Below are positions 27,403 through 40,760 of a DNA stretch of 64,000 bases, one piece after another (within the stretch, counting starts at the first letter, position 1; each line of letters starts with the position of its first letter). The position numbers and the translations under genes are program-made. The stretch lies in assembly GCF_003918875.1 (NCBI RefSeq), contig NW_025767274.1:558001-622000 (forward strand). Reading direction: 5' to 3'. This DNA comes from Haliotis rubra. Taxonomy: Eukaryota. The notes below the pieces were generated by a model. It was given only the letters and a program-made list of their open reading frames with translations, was not told the origin of the DNA and searched no databases.

Positions 27403-27610
27403 GTGGTGCAGTGGATACAGCATCTGTCAGCAGAGCGACAATTTGTAGTTTAATCCCCTTGAGTGTCATACCACAAGATGTTATATGGTACCTGTTGTCA
27501 CCCTGCCTCAGGATGACACATAGATTGGTTGGCTTTGTGTTAGCATATCATGTCTGAGAGGGAAATCCAGTTTAGAACATGGCATGGTATCTCAGTTGGC
27601 TAGCAAGATA
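27403..27610 (+). mobile_element. Degenerate V-SINE-like element
   Basis: tRNA-like head gtggtgcagtggata, then gtcataccacaagatgttatatggtacctgttg...gattggttggct...tctcagttggctagca. Confidence 0.55.
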
Positions 27611-30056
27611 TCGAAAGATATATCTATAATTTTACAGCCTCCTACAGTAAACATCCCGTTTCTTGGTTTGCAGTTGCTTCACTCACCTAACATCACTGGT
27701 GGAAACATTACGTTTATGTTTTTCTGACTTGTTAAATGTCTCAATTCTGACCGCAAGTTTTCAGCGACACGGTAACGTTCGCCCATTCAGGTATTCCTTA
27801 TGTTTCCAAGTATTTCTTAAATATATCTATAATTTTCAGCCATTCAGGTATTCCTTATGTTTCCAAGTATTTTTTATGTTATTTGTTATGAACCTGAATA
27901 AAACAAATTTTCCACTTACAGTTCTTAAACTTCATCATTTCCCATACCCATAGATCTTGCACTTGTTAAAAGGCATTCATCATAGGTACATATACACAAC
28001 AAATTGTTCGAGAATATCTTTGCTTCTTTGATCACAAAAAACAGTAATTTAATCCAGAATGTCAAAATTTCAATTTGACTTGTTAATTTAAACTATGGCA
28101 AAAAGATGAAAATATTTATGATCTTTTCAGTGCAGTATACCAGTTGTTTCCAAACATATTGTGATACATATTCATTCATATTTCATGCCATGGTATACCA
28201 AAGTACAGGTTATGCCACACATCTGTAGTACAAGGTATAAAGCTTCCAGTCTACACTGAACACATTAGTCCCTGCTCCCAACAGCTAGCAGCAATACACA
28301 CAATGTCTAAAACAAGCATATTTCAGCCCAACGACCTTGTATTCCATCGCAGATATGTAGCCCAAAACCATAGAGTGTAAAGCTTCCTGGAGAGCTGCAG
28401 TTCAGTCTGGGCTAAGTCAACACTCTGCTGGCACTCCATTAATTTCCCATACTTTTATTGCTCGTAAATTGTAAAGTTTGACGAAGCACTCACACAAAAC
28501 AAAGCACCCAGCAGAGCAGGATAAGATCTGTATTGGTGCCATGTCGTCTTCCAAGAGACCATCGGGATCTGATATGGCCTGCCAACATGATGGCAGCCAT
28601 AAACGCTGTACCACTTGCCTCAGACATGCCATCATCTAATTTACAACAATAATCAAATTTGACAAACTAACTCTTGACTTTTAGTCAGTCTGATCAAGTG
28701 AGGGAGACTTGCGGCAGATTGGGCAAATGGTAGCCAAACAAGCTATTAGAAGGACATCATGGAGGTTTGTAAGAGTCCACGTGGTCACATTGGCTGTGGA
28801 CCTGTGGGCGCAGCACTCAAACAGGCCACACTCAGATAACACAAAAAGAAGGCTGTTATTCATGTTTCTGAAATAGAATTATTTCTATCCTGATTCAATT
28901 ACTATGCTATTTAAGGGATTAGATGATGTTCAATAGAGAGAGCTGGATGAAGTTGACAGCACTGGCAAGATTGAATTCAATTTTAAATTAAATTACCTTT
29001 TCGAACCTTTGAGATTTCTGATAGACAGGCTGAATAGACCTTTCTCATAACGGAGAGGAATCTAATAGGTTCTGATAGTTAGTATCCTAAATGGCTGGAT
29101 TATTTTCTGGTTTCTTTTTTATAAAAAAGGATGTTCCAGGACAAAATTGTTTTTATGACAATAATCATTTCAAAAGAACCATTCCACAACAGACAACTTT
29201 GATGTGGTCAGTTAAAACATGAAACTATGAACTAATACAAATTTGTTTCAGTTTGGAACACACAGTAGTCACATGTTCTTCCAGTCTGGATGAACAAGGC
29301 AACATTTGGAAGTCAATGTAGCGTTGAGTGTAATTTCTTAGCAACAAATAAATGCTTTTTCAATAATATTGTATAAAAATATCCAAAGAATGATATCTCC
29401 CTGATGCTTTTTTAAGTAGGAGTCTGTCCAGCAAGATATGAATTCTCTATGTAAACATCCATTGACAATATGCAAAGTATTCTTGCAGGGTTCCTAAGTT
29501 CAACATTGGTCTGCTGATAATTCTGATGTCTCATTTGCTTGTTGGAAGCAGGAGTTATTTGCATTAGACTGAAGAAAAGACTATCATGTCTCAACGCCAG
29601 CCCCATACAAACACTGTATGAAAGATCAACAGTCTATGAAATTATAGGATAACACTTGAAATGAGTGTATTGATTGTTGAACATAGACACTGTTCGGTCA
29701 CCTTGACCTGCGAGTGGAAAACTCTCCAGCCATTTGGGCCTCCTTTAGTACAGGATATGAAGACGTAAAGAGGTGAGGGTTCAGTGTGGGTACGACAGCA
29801 ACACAATTACACAGCAAAACAGTTAGCTATTTTCAGAAGACCATGCCAAATGATGATGATCTGAATGTTAGGAGTCTTTGATGCAGTTCTGAGTAAATAG
29901 GGCAGGCAAGGCGTGATGGCTTAATGCAGGGCTTATGCATGACCGGGGCAGACTGTGCTATTAACCAGCTGAGTGGAATATTTGGCTTGATACAAGTTAT
30001 GGTATTCAAAGCTGGCTACACTTACTTGCTAGTTATATTCACTGATGTCCATCACC

Positions 30057-30410
30057 GTTGGCTAGTCATGTATTACTGTGGCTATACTGACTGGCTAGTC
30101 ATATACTACTGTGGCTATACTGACTGGCTAGTCATGTTCTATTATGGCTATACTGACTGGCTAGTCATGTACTATTGTGGCTATACTGACTGGCTAGTCA
30201 TGTATCATGGCTATACTGACTGGCTAGTCATGTTCTATTGTGGCTATACTGACTGGCTAGTCATGTACTATTGTGGATATACTGACTGGCTAGTCATGTA
30301 CTACTGTGGATATACTGACTGGCTAGTCATGTTCTATTATGGCTATACTGACTGGCTAGTCATGTTCTATTATGGCTATACTGACTGGCTAGTGAAAGTT
30401 ATACTGACTC
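30057..30410. repeat. 33-bp minisatellite, about 10.5 copies
   Basis: Unit tggctatactgactggctagtcatgt(a/t)cta(c/t)t(g/a). Explains the ORF 29924-30415. Confidence 0.95.
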
Positions 30411-31079
30411 AGTAATCCTTCTTACTGATCAACTGATGCAATGCATCAAAGGGGCTGGTGCAGATTCCTTTACACAAAATCAAACTGACAAAACCTTGCA
30501 ACCTTTTTAATGGTGTTGAGTATATCTCCCCTCCAGCACCCATGTGTTTTCAGCATAATGACTACATCCAGTCACTTCCATCCCAGCTTTATTTCATACA
30601 AATACAATGACATATACATTTCATTTGTTTAAAATCCTGACATTTAAACACCACGGGCTACCATATCAAAGGCTTCCTATGACATTGTCCCTGTTTGATG
30701 TGAGTACTGCTATTACCAGGAATCGCTTGTGTCTATATGAGAGTGCTTTCGAGCTAAAATTACATAAGATATTGTGCTCATGTCTTCAAAAGCTCCAACC
30801 TGTAAGTTCATTAAGGCAAGCCTTTATAATGATGGAATATTTACTTTACTTGAACTTTGCATGAAAGGCTGGCCTTTGATAACATATAATGAGATCTGTA
30901 ATTAGGGTCTTGAGTTTAAGGTACGAGCACTCTTCAGGCAGTATTGGAGTTGGAACTGCTTAGTCAGGTGTACTGAAGGAAACAGGAACAGCTACCACAC
31001 TATGGACTACATACACACGCGTCAAACTTTTATCATAAAACTGACAAAAAGGGGAACTAATGGAATTATAGGTGAAGGA

Positions 31080-31232
31080 GTGAGTGAGTATTGTTTTATG
31101 CCACTTTTGGCAATATTCCACCAAAATCACAGAGGGAGACACCAGAAATGTGCTTCACACATTGTACCCATATGGGGAATCAAACCCGTGTCTTTGGCAT
31201 GACGCTTTAACCACAAGGCTATCCCACCACCC
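31080..31232 (-). mobile_element. tRNA-derived SINE family 1, diverged
   Basis: Tail, body and head are all recognisable. Confidence 0.85.
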
Positions 31233-32469
31233 ATACGGTCAAGAAGAAATGGCATCAATGTCTGTAAAATGAATTTAGGATGAGTAGATCAGTATGTGGT
31301 GTGTTGAACATGTGTGCACACACATTTTGTCTTCGGTATGCATGTGCCTCACATACTGTTCATGCATCATGTGAAACTTCATTGTGATTGGAGACCAGAT
31401 GCAATACAACAGTATAGTAAATGCACAGATCATAACAAACTAGCTAAATTAAAATAATCAACTCCTTAATAGGTTGTCTGTATCAATGCTCCAGATACTT
31501 TTTAACCCCCCGAGGCATGTACTCTTGGAACTGGCTGAAGAGGAGTACAGGGCAGAATTTTGTCTTTGTTGGAGTGTGATGTGTTGCAAGGGGGAATTAC
31601 TTCAACCACTGCAAAGTTTACGATGATTACAGAACGGATGACTGTAAAATGTGCGGGCAAGTACTGTCCATATCTGAAATAGAGGAGTACAGGCCTTTCT
31701 ACTCTGTACATATGGTATTCATTTTAAATTTAAATGTATGTTCATATTGTTGAGCCATACATACAGCGATATGACCCTTATCTGGAACCCTGCTGTTGTA
31801 TATAGTAGGGCTGGATATTGCCCTCATTCTCATATCGCGACATATTGCAATAATTTAAGAGATATTGCAATACATATTGTGATATATTGACTGGAATGTT
31901 TCTGACATCATAAATTCATAATAGCTCTCTGTTTGCGACATCATCTTCTTAATTGCTGTTACGCCATACTTTCAGGTGACCTGTCCTCATTGTGCATGGC
32001 TTTATGTCAATGGTTTACAGATAAATAAAGTAATATAGAGCCTTAGTGTAGCATGTTTAACTGAAGTACTGTATTGCAACAAAGTTTTGTGAACATAATG
32101 ATAAAGGTAATAGTATAACATGATTTTCATGGTCAGTGTGCACTTCCATGCAGTATGTAATTATTATTACTGTATGTCAGTGATTCATTCAGATTCAACT
32201 CCAACATAAACGTGTTAAGATGTACTATTGCAAAATGAAACAAAAACATGATTTAGGTGAACTACTTAAGCTTAAAATCTCATGTGACCTCCAGTAACAA
32301 AGATCCTTGACTAGAATGTCATTATACAGTCCTACAAAGTGTATAAGACTTTGGCCTGATGACATATGTCCCATTATGAAACAAACAAAAATAACAAAGT
32401 AATGTGAAATGGTCTCTCAGAGCCAGAGGCTCTACTAATAGGTCCAAATAAAAGATTTGTCAAACCTTA

Positions 32470-32600
32470 GAAGGGCATTTAGAAGTGGAATGCATAAGAA
32501 AATCAAGATTTATGGATGTCAACTTCTTTATTATGAATAACACAACGTTTCGAGTGTATGCTTGATCCTTTACAACAAGAAGTTGCCATTTTTAACTCAT
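32470..32600 (-). mobile_element. Penelope-like element remnant with the 3' half of a hammerhead motif
   Basis: Colinear similarity to 50433-50520 (ggcattt..agaagt..ggaa..tttatgga..caacttcttt..att..acgtttcga). Short inverted aagaagttg downstream. Confidence 0.6.
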
Positions 32601-32638
32601 GCTTCTCACAAAATACTGGTGCATTTGAGGTCACTTAA

Positions 32639-34777
32639 AGGGCAAGTGTACACGAAAATTAACCTTTTGTCTTGCACTTTTTCCTCATAAAAGTGTTTAT
32701 CAAGTAGTTTTATATCCAAACCTGTACATATTTCAGAAGTAACTAATTTATTTTTTTGCGTTATATCAATTCATATTTTCAACATTTACCGAGAGTTCTA
32801 TGTCCACAATAAACACACCATGGCTTACCTTGGAAATGACGTCATTGGTGCCCGAACGATAAACAAATGGCGTCGTTAGACCTTATTAGACCCATTTCAC
32901 GTGGGTGCAGGTATAGGTGTGGTTCTTGTGTCTCGATCGCGCAGGCTACTGTTTTAATTCACCTGTTGCCTAGCCGTCAGCTGGCTATGTGGTCAGTTGT
33001 ACACTGTAATGACGTTGCTGTTTTGAAAGCGTATACATTGTACTAAATGTGTTACCACGTAAACAAATTGTATAACATTCAACCTGAGTCGGTCGCCTTT
33101 TCAACAGTATCATTTTTCACAAACATTAAAATGTGCACTACATCTAGCTTGCCATCTGTGAATGTCCCGGCATTCTCGTTTGTTACTAAAATCCTACTTA
33201 GTCGGTACAATATGGCCCTCCTCTTCCACCTTCACTTTGATATCGATACCATATCCAAATACATCACGAAGATAAATGCGATTTGCAGTTTTGAACTCTG
33301 TTTGAAATTCGTTTTTCTATGATAGATCTATCATCCGCTCATTGTAGATCAAATATACTGAAAATTACATGCATCGTAAATCTCGCCAGTTTTGACACAT
33401 TACTAAATCACCATTAACTGCCTTTTTTGCGTAATTTATTGTATGTCTTAATTCAAATGTCAAATTTTACTGGGAGAATTGAATTTAAAAGAAAAAGACG
33501 TATCATTGTGATCAGCGGTAGTTTTGTTGTATGATCAAATCACCAATGCTCGTTCTGAAACATTGTCAATGAACCGAGAATCGCTGAGAATGTTTTGGAA
33601 AATACATAAAACCCAAAGCAATATTACAGAGTGTTTATAAAATCACGTCACATGTATGTTGGTTATGTTTCACCCATAAAATCCCTAAAATTGTATAGTT
33701 CAACACCATCTTCCTGACACGAATCCCTGAATTCCTCATATAGTTCAAAATAAACTGGCAAGTGGACTTTGTCACCAATTGAAGTGTTTCAGTGAAATCG
33801 AACGAGCGATATATCTGATACCGCGCTGGGAAGGACCACATGTTTGAAATGTAAACAAAGCCAATAAGATTTTACACTGTGTATCCGTTCGCCTACTTGT
33901 TGCATAGACCAGGGGCCCGTTTCACAAAGCCCTCTTATCGGTACGACCTCCTAAATTTAGGAGGCTTTTGTGAAACGCGGGCCTGCTCATTAGTTTTAGA
34001 ACATGTATGGGAAAGGTATCTTAGCAAGCGATAGTTAAATAAAATAGGTGTATTCTTGTGATTTTCTAGATTCATCACAACATATTACAGTTTCTGAAAG
34101 CGTGGCGCCATGATTGGACGCCAACTCAAGTACAACGATGATGGTACCTCTCTTAATTTCTGACTATTTACCTTGGTCACAATGAAAACAAAAGAAAATA
34201 ACAACCAGCAGACTGACAGAATTTTTGGACTACTTACATGTCACATTTATGCATATACGTTGCTTGAAACAACGAAAATGTCTTCGAAAACTCCGGTACT
34301 TTCGTGTCAGTGAACACGCCATTTTGAAAAAGTCGCTTCCGATAGTGATGTCATAACGGACGTCAACATTGTTATACACATTTGTTATTTTCACTGAGAT
34401 GAGGTTATGAATGAAAATACACCGCGATCAATCTGTCCTGCTGCTTACATTTTCTGTTCTTATGCTTCTTTCGAATTTTCACAAACTTTTCTCACGTGAT
34501 TAATTTCATTATCTTTTGATTTGGGACTAGACAGGAGACCAGTTTAAAATCAAGTGGCACCAATTACGTCATAATCAAAGGCGGTAACTCTGGCCTGTTT
34601 TAGCTCTGCAAACAAAGGCCTCATATTGGCGTAACATATCAGCACTTATTTTGAAGGTTATACTTACATTGTAAGAAAAATGAGTGTATATTTTCAAACA
34701 TTGGTATTAACTAATTAAAACAGTTCACTTTGATTCACATAAGAATAAATGTGATTTATTAGGTGTACACTTCCCCT
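32639..34777. mobile_element. Non-autonomous Kolobok-like DNA transposon
   Basis: TTAA|AGGGCAAGTGTACAC...GTGTACACTTCCCCT|TTAA: 14/15 terminal inverted repeat (TIR) match, TTAA TSD, RR terminus. CpG-richer interior with no long ORF. Confidence 0.85.
33912..33983. mobile_element. Short Harbinger-like MITE, same family as 25668
   Basis: gggcccgtttcacaaagcc...ggcttttgtgaaacgcgggcc flanked by CAG/CTG. Confidence 0.8.
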
Positions 34778-36763
34778 TTAATTCCTCCAAAGCGTCACAT
34801 ATTAAATCATTCAAACCCACAAAACTTAAAGCATTTGGTAGAATATCTGGCACTTTTGGAGCAACTTATAAAGACACTTCCACTTGGAAAATGTTACATG
34901 AAACCAACTGAAATAAAAGTATATTTGGCACTTTTATAGCACATTTTGTTGCCGTGAAGGGCAAGGGCAGAATTCAAAGGGAGCTAACTCTGGATGACCC
35001 AATATATTGCAGAATCTGAACCATATCGCGATAATCGTATCACAAGATACTGTACCGGTATATAGGTAATATTGCACAGCCTTAGTATATAGCAATATCC
35101 ACACAAATTACAATGCTTCAATCCCTATAGAGTTTGCATCATAACGATCAGAACCCAACATATTTCCAGCAGCACCAAACACAGTAAATCACACAGCCCA
35201 CGACTCATGGTCACACACTGGGTGATATACTGGGCTGGCTCGATTCAAAATATGCTACAATCTCATCATTAGGATGCAAACTATATGGTAATTTTGTCTT
35301 TGTTTGCAATTTGTGTGGCTCTTTCTATTTAAAGTGTTTTAAACTGTGTACACAATGCATAATTTAGTAGTTTTCTGCAAGTTTTCTTTGCTAGGCCTGC
35401 CAGTCAAGGATTTTACACAGATGAATATTTCATATATGAAGGGCGATCTGAACTCTGGCAGTCACAGCAGTTTGAAAAAAAGTTTCTAACTCCACTTTGT
35501 TTGCCAACTCCAATTTCATGATTTAAACTCATAGAATATGTGTTCATAACAGTAGGTGATGTTGTCAACCAAGGAACTATGAACCAAGGAACTATGCTTT
35601 TAGCAACAATCCAGAAATGGGGACAAGCATGTGGGGATTCCTCAGTACTTTAACCATTGCTACCCCTCCATCAACTCAAGGAACTATGAACCAATAGGAA
35701 AGCAGTCCTCAGTACAAGGTGTGACCTCCATCTCCTTGTCAGTAAACTCCTGCTGTTCTCTAACACCTGATGGGCTGGTACTTCAGCAGTGTTTCTATGA
35801 GTCAACAGGTCTGAATGCCACAGCGTTCTGAACACAATTCCTGAAGGTCAACACATAAAAGTACCAACATTCTAACTGACGACACACTTTTTCTCACAGG
35901 TGTACATCACTTCATATGAACCCAAATGTTGACAGCTCGGTGAAGCTGATGTAAAACCCCTTTTTATTACACAACCAATCATGATAAATATGGCTGACTG
36001 AACACAGAGTATGCTAAGGTTCGTATAGACAAGGTCACTACTTAAAATGTTTAGACCCAGACTGGACATGAGCATTTCCACTTGTTATTTGCTAGGGACT
36101 AGTTGGCAAAGATCCAACGATAATGGATTTATATCCTTGGTTCATGCTGAATATATCTTTGGTTTCTTATCGCTGTGTTTGATATCAGTGTTAGTTGTAA
36201 ACATCTAATATCTGCTCAAGTTTGGATTTGGATAAAGGCCCTTTCATAATTATGAAATGAGCACACCTTCTTGCAATTGATACAGAAGTTATCAGACATG
36301 CTTATATAAATAAGAACATGGCTTTGTTCTCTACAATATTTACATTAATAAACATTGTAATATCACGAAATTTAGAATGATATGTCAAAAGAGCAGACTT
36401 CAGTGGCTTTCAGGAAGCATGTTTGTAATATTTGAATATCAGCAGGTACTTGACCCAAGCTAATGTTCCGCAGAGATGTTGACTAACATGTAAAAGAATC
36501 ATTGTGAGACTGGCTCATAGTTATGGTTGAGTCAGCCATTTCACCCTATTGTTGTAAAAGTGACCATAGAGCAAGAAGTTGTTTACAAACTGAAAGCATC
36601 AGAAACAAGAAAAGTTAGATGTAAGTCACCTGAACCCATAATTTTTACATTCAAAAATTGTAAACTTATGCTTAACTTGATAACTTGATATTAATAGTCT
36701 TAGGCATTTATCCCAACGTGTCCTTTGACCGTCACAAAAACTGTTTAGTAAAAAAGATGGTAA

Positions 36764-37067
36764 GGCCAGACCAATTTTATTTCTTGTTTTATGGATCCGC
36801 CGGTCGTATTTTGTCAAGAATAAGAATTTTCCTCGCTCAAAAAATATAATTTTAATATTTTTATTGGCCAAAAATGTAAATGTGCAAGAAATCTTTTTTA
36901 GTTTTTTTCCCCATATACACTTCATAAATTGCCAAAAGTAAAATACTTTTAGTATTTAAAAGGAATATTACTTTGACTGGTGATTTTTATTTTTTTATTT
37001 TTTCCCTCCTGCCTTTAGGTTTCTGAGGAAAAAAATCTGTAAAACAAGAAATAAAATTGGTCTGGCC
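36764..37067. mobile_element. MITE with 28-bp perfect TIRs and TAA TSD (PIF/Harbinger-like)
   Basis: TAA|GGCCAGACCAATTTTATTTCTTGTTTTA...TAAAACAAGAAATAAAATTGGTCTGGCC|TAA. Confidence 0.93.
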
Positions 37068-37476
37068 TAATCCTACAATTGTCTGTAGGTCAACATAAAT
37101 TACATGTCCCTATCCAAGATTTCACAAGATTGTGTGCAAGGATCTGTCACCTTCAAGCCTACAGTCCTGTGTCTGGATCATGTCAGAATATAGTTCCTAT
37201 TCTAATGTATTCATAGAGAGTCAATGTGTCACAACCAGGAGTGCTTGGGTGGTCCTGTGGTTAATGCAGCGTACAGGAATGGGCAACGTCTAGGATTGAT
37301 TCCCTACAAAGTTACAATATACAGTGATAACCACAAGATAATTAATTATGCAAATGAACAAGTACTGAGAACAAGAACAAAAAAATTCGCTTCACTTTGG
37401 GATGAAATAAATAAATTGCCAATATTTGGAAACAATCCAATATTAAACATATAAGCAAAAAAGCAATCATGGATAG

Positions 37477-37625
37477 TGAGTGAGTGAGTGAGTAGGGTTT
37501 TACACTGCTTTTAGCAATATTTCAGCAATATCACGGCGGGGAACACCAGAAATGGACTTTGTGCCCATGTGGGGGATTGAACCCAGGCCTTCGGCGTGAC
37601 GAGCGAACGCTGTAACCACCGCCCC
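37477..37625 (-). mobile_element. tRNA-derived SINE family 1 with the A-box region deleted
   Basis: TSD caatc(a/g)tggatag at 37464/37626. Confidence 0.92.
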
Positions 37626-37921
37626 CAATCGTGGATAGACTAAGAACAATATCAGATACACAGTATCACATAAACCTACATGTACATTGACTTCTATTCC
37701 ACTGCAGTAAGTGTTTGGTTCCATATTGTTCATAGTATCTTGCCTACCTTTTTATCCTACGGCATATCCATAGCACAGAACACATTTTTATTGAGAGGAC
37801 AAGGTGGCCATATTGAAATGTAATGAAAATTTGAGCAACAATCTAGGATTGAATGTAATAGATTTTTGGTGTTTTTCATAATGATTTCCATATTGTGCTG
37901 TTATAGACATCCTGCATCTTA

Positions 37922-38026
37922 CGATTCCCCACATGGGCACAATGTGTTAAGCCCATTTCTGGTGTCCCCCTGTGATATTGCTGGAATATTGCTAAAAGCA
38001 GCGTAAAACTAAACTCAGTCAGTCAG
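37922..38026 (+). mobile_element. 5'-truncated SINE family 1, the only clear plus-strand copy
   Basis: Starts inside the B box and has a (TCAG)n tail. TSD t(c/t)ctgcatctta at 37910/38027. Confidence 0.92.
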
Positions 38027-40098
38027 TTCTGCATCTTAAGTTTTAGCCGACATGCAGCTGTAACTAATAAAGGCACAATTTCTGTCGTATTTACAAAAGT
38101 ACATTTTGAAGATATAACTCACCACTGATCACAAATATCCAGCACTCTTGTGAGAGCTTATATTTCAAAACGTTTACTATTTCTTCTCTTGAGAAGATAT
38201 ACTACTGTTTGAAAACCTGAAAGATTATCACATTTGAATACATTTTGGTCATGCAAGATAGAAAATGTTTACAAGCTCCGAAAAGACAGATACATACTTT
38301 CAAACAGATAAGCAGACACCTTTAAGTGTACTGACAATTCTTTAGCGAGTGATCCTACAACATTTCTTGACAAAAACTGTATTGTCGGTGAAAGGAACAT
38401 TGCAAAAGCTCTTTTCATTTATTTGCTACATTAGAGCTAAAATCCTAATTAATTTTCAACAAATCATTTCTGGGCTCACTATTTCAGCAAAAGTGGAAGA
38501 CATCACATTCTCAATGCTAAAAGCACAGCCATCTTCCTGTCTATGGGCTGAGTTCCACCAGACATAATGTAATACGGCCATCAACCAACTTCCTTTAATA
38601 GAGAAGCTCTTTAGGTTCTTGTCAGGGGAATGTATGACAAGCACTGTTACATACACAAGACTACAGTAGTGGTCTATTAAGTACAAAGCATTGCATCAAA
38701 GCTATCATGGATGAAGCAAAACAAGGTATGACAGAAACTCAATACAGTTTTCTGGCTGACTTCACTCCCAGACAAGGCAGGAACAAACACCCAGAATTAG
38801 ACTTTATTTATCATCCAAGCGTTGCCCCTTCTACACTGATTGCTCTCAAATCTGGAAATTCATTTTGGGGCCTAACAAGTTTCACAAATGCCTGCTAGGG
38901 AAAATTACCACAATTAATCTCCCAAGTGGACAATTCCACTAAAAGTCGGAGTTTGTGTGGCATTTGTCTGGTGAAGCAGTATAGACTTATGCCCAGGGAA
39001 CAAATAAGGAGTGTGTTTCACTAGTTAGCGGAGGTGACAGTTGCCACAAGTTCCGGATGAGGTCAGGATGATGTATTGATACAAATCCTGAAATCAGATT
39101 AAGATGTTTAGGGGTGTTTGAGAGACCATCACTTGTTACCCCTCACACTCGATCAAGCAGTTTGGGGAACTCATGAATGTCTGTTTTAATTACTACAATG
39201 CTGACAACCCTCCAGAAGGTAAGAGAGCTCCTCCACCAGCCAGAAATCAATTTCTAACCCCTTGCCAGCTCCCAGCCATAAACAGACTTTTTCAGTTCAG
39301 TGTGCAGTGATGAGAACCAGCTCAAGCTGAGGACCCAAACTCTTGATTCTGACACAAAAATCTATTCCAGTGAATGCAATTCTTGTTGTTAATAGAAGTA
39401 TGTCCTTGTTAAAACGACACATTCAATATGGCTAAGAAAGAAAAAAAATGGATTTCTGTCAATCACTTGGGTACGAGGCAGTTCAATGTTTACTGACAGG
39501 CAGATACATGTAGAAGCTATTTATTTGTTTAGATCTGTTAAACACGTATCAATGATATAACAAGAGTGAGTCTGGTTCTCAACTTCAACATTTGATTTCA
39601 AGAACACTAAAGTAACCATAGTTGGTGTATTTAGCACCCTGCCTCAATAAGTGTCCCCTGGACAAATTCTAGATCATTATATACATCTCCTACATGACAG
39701 TCCGTATTATCGCGTTGATATAACAGAAAACAGCAGTACATACCTGCCAAAATATTAACAAAATCATTTGATATTTCATCGATATTTGAACTACGTTTGT
39801 TCACTACCAATAAATCTGTGAAAACATATTTTTCTTGTGTATGGTTTTATCAAGAGGCCTTCATTGTAAATTGTCAACATGCCTGGGGTGCATATTACAA
39901 CAAATACAGTATATCATGATGTGTTAGTGTAGGAGAATACCCATACAGACGCAGGTGGTCTGATGAAAGTCACATGTCTTATCAGCACCACTGGGAGGGC
40001 TAATGTTAAGGGGTTACTTATTAGTAATCATCAGTAAAGGTTACACTGAAAGGTCATGGTGAATTGAAATACTGTTCAAAGCAGTACTGTTCAGAACT

Positions 40099-40536
40099 CA
40101 TCGTTGCAAATTCCCGCCTGCCCGACAGTCCGAGACGGTCTGTTTTGTGGCCGCATGTCAGTTTTAAAAAGTAGCACACCTCAGACTGTTATTGTGTAAT
40201 GTATTCAATACAAACAATTCTAATATACGATGTAAACTCTAACTTACTGTAAGACCAAAGGTACTTTATTCTCCTCAATGTTTCTGACATAATAATTGTG
40301 TTTCTGTCCTCATTTGATATTGGCCAAGTGATCGAAATTATCCAATCAAAGCCTGTATTAGACTTGAACTCATATTTATGTATAATAATCTGAACAGTTC
40401 CTTCCCCACATTTACCTTTCTGTTACTTTTGTTAGTCCAGAAAATTCTGGATTCGCAGCATTTTATCTGGTCTGGTAACTTTGGAGAGTTGCCGGACCAG
40501 TTGACTGGCTGTAATTTTGGGGAATTTTCAACACTG
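40099..40536. mobile_element. Possible old hAT-like non-autonomous element
   Basis: Right end gggaattttcaacactg versus left end catcgttgcaaattccc. TSD is not clean. Confidence 0.4.
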
Positions 40537-40760
40537 GTTAAAAAAAAGTCACATCTTGGCCATACAAATTCATTCAATAATTATTTAATAGTTTCCTAAT
40601 GGGTTTTAAGAACTGTGGTTGAAAATCAATAAAAGATGACCAATCTAGACTCAATTGTTTACAGGCCACCATCACATAGCTAGAACAGTCATGTATTGAT
40701 ATTCAGAATCTCAAGATAAACTACACTTATAATGTACACATATTGAATAGATGTACAATG

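Larger units (their letters stand above)
31806..35084. mobile_element. Non-autonomous hAT-like transposon containing nested insertions
   Basis: TAGGGCTG...CAGCCTTA termini. Exact 8-bp TSD GTATATAG at 31798/35085. Subterminal ATATTGC/ATATCGC repeats at both ends. Confidence 0.85.

Noticed and set aside
30520-30550. Possible SLC5A7 exon 2 (minus strand ACA TGG GTG, T-W-V)
   Set aside because: It continues LEGRY rather than GGGYING and has no AG acceptor at the required position.
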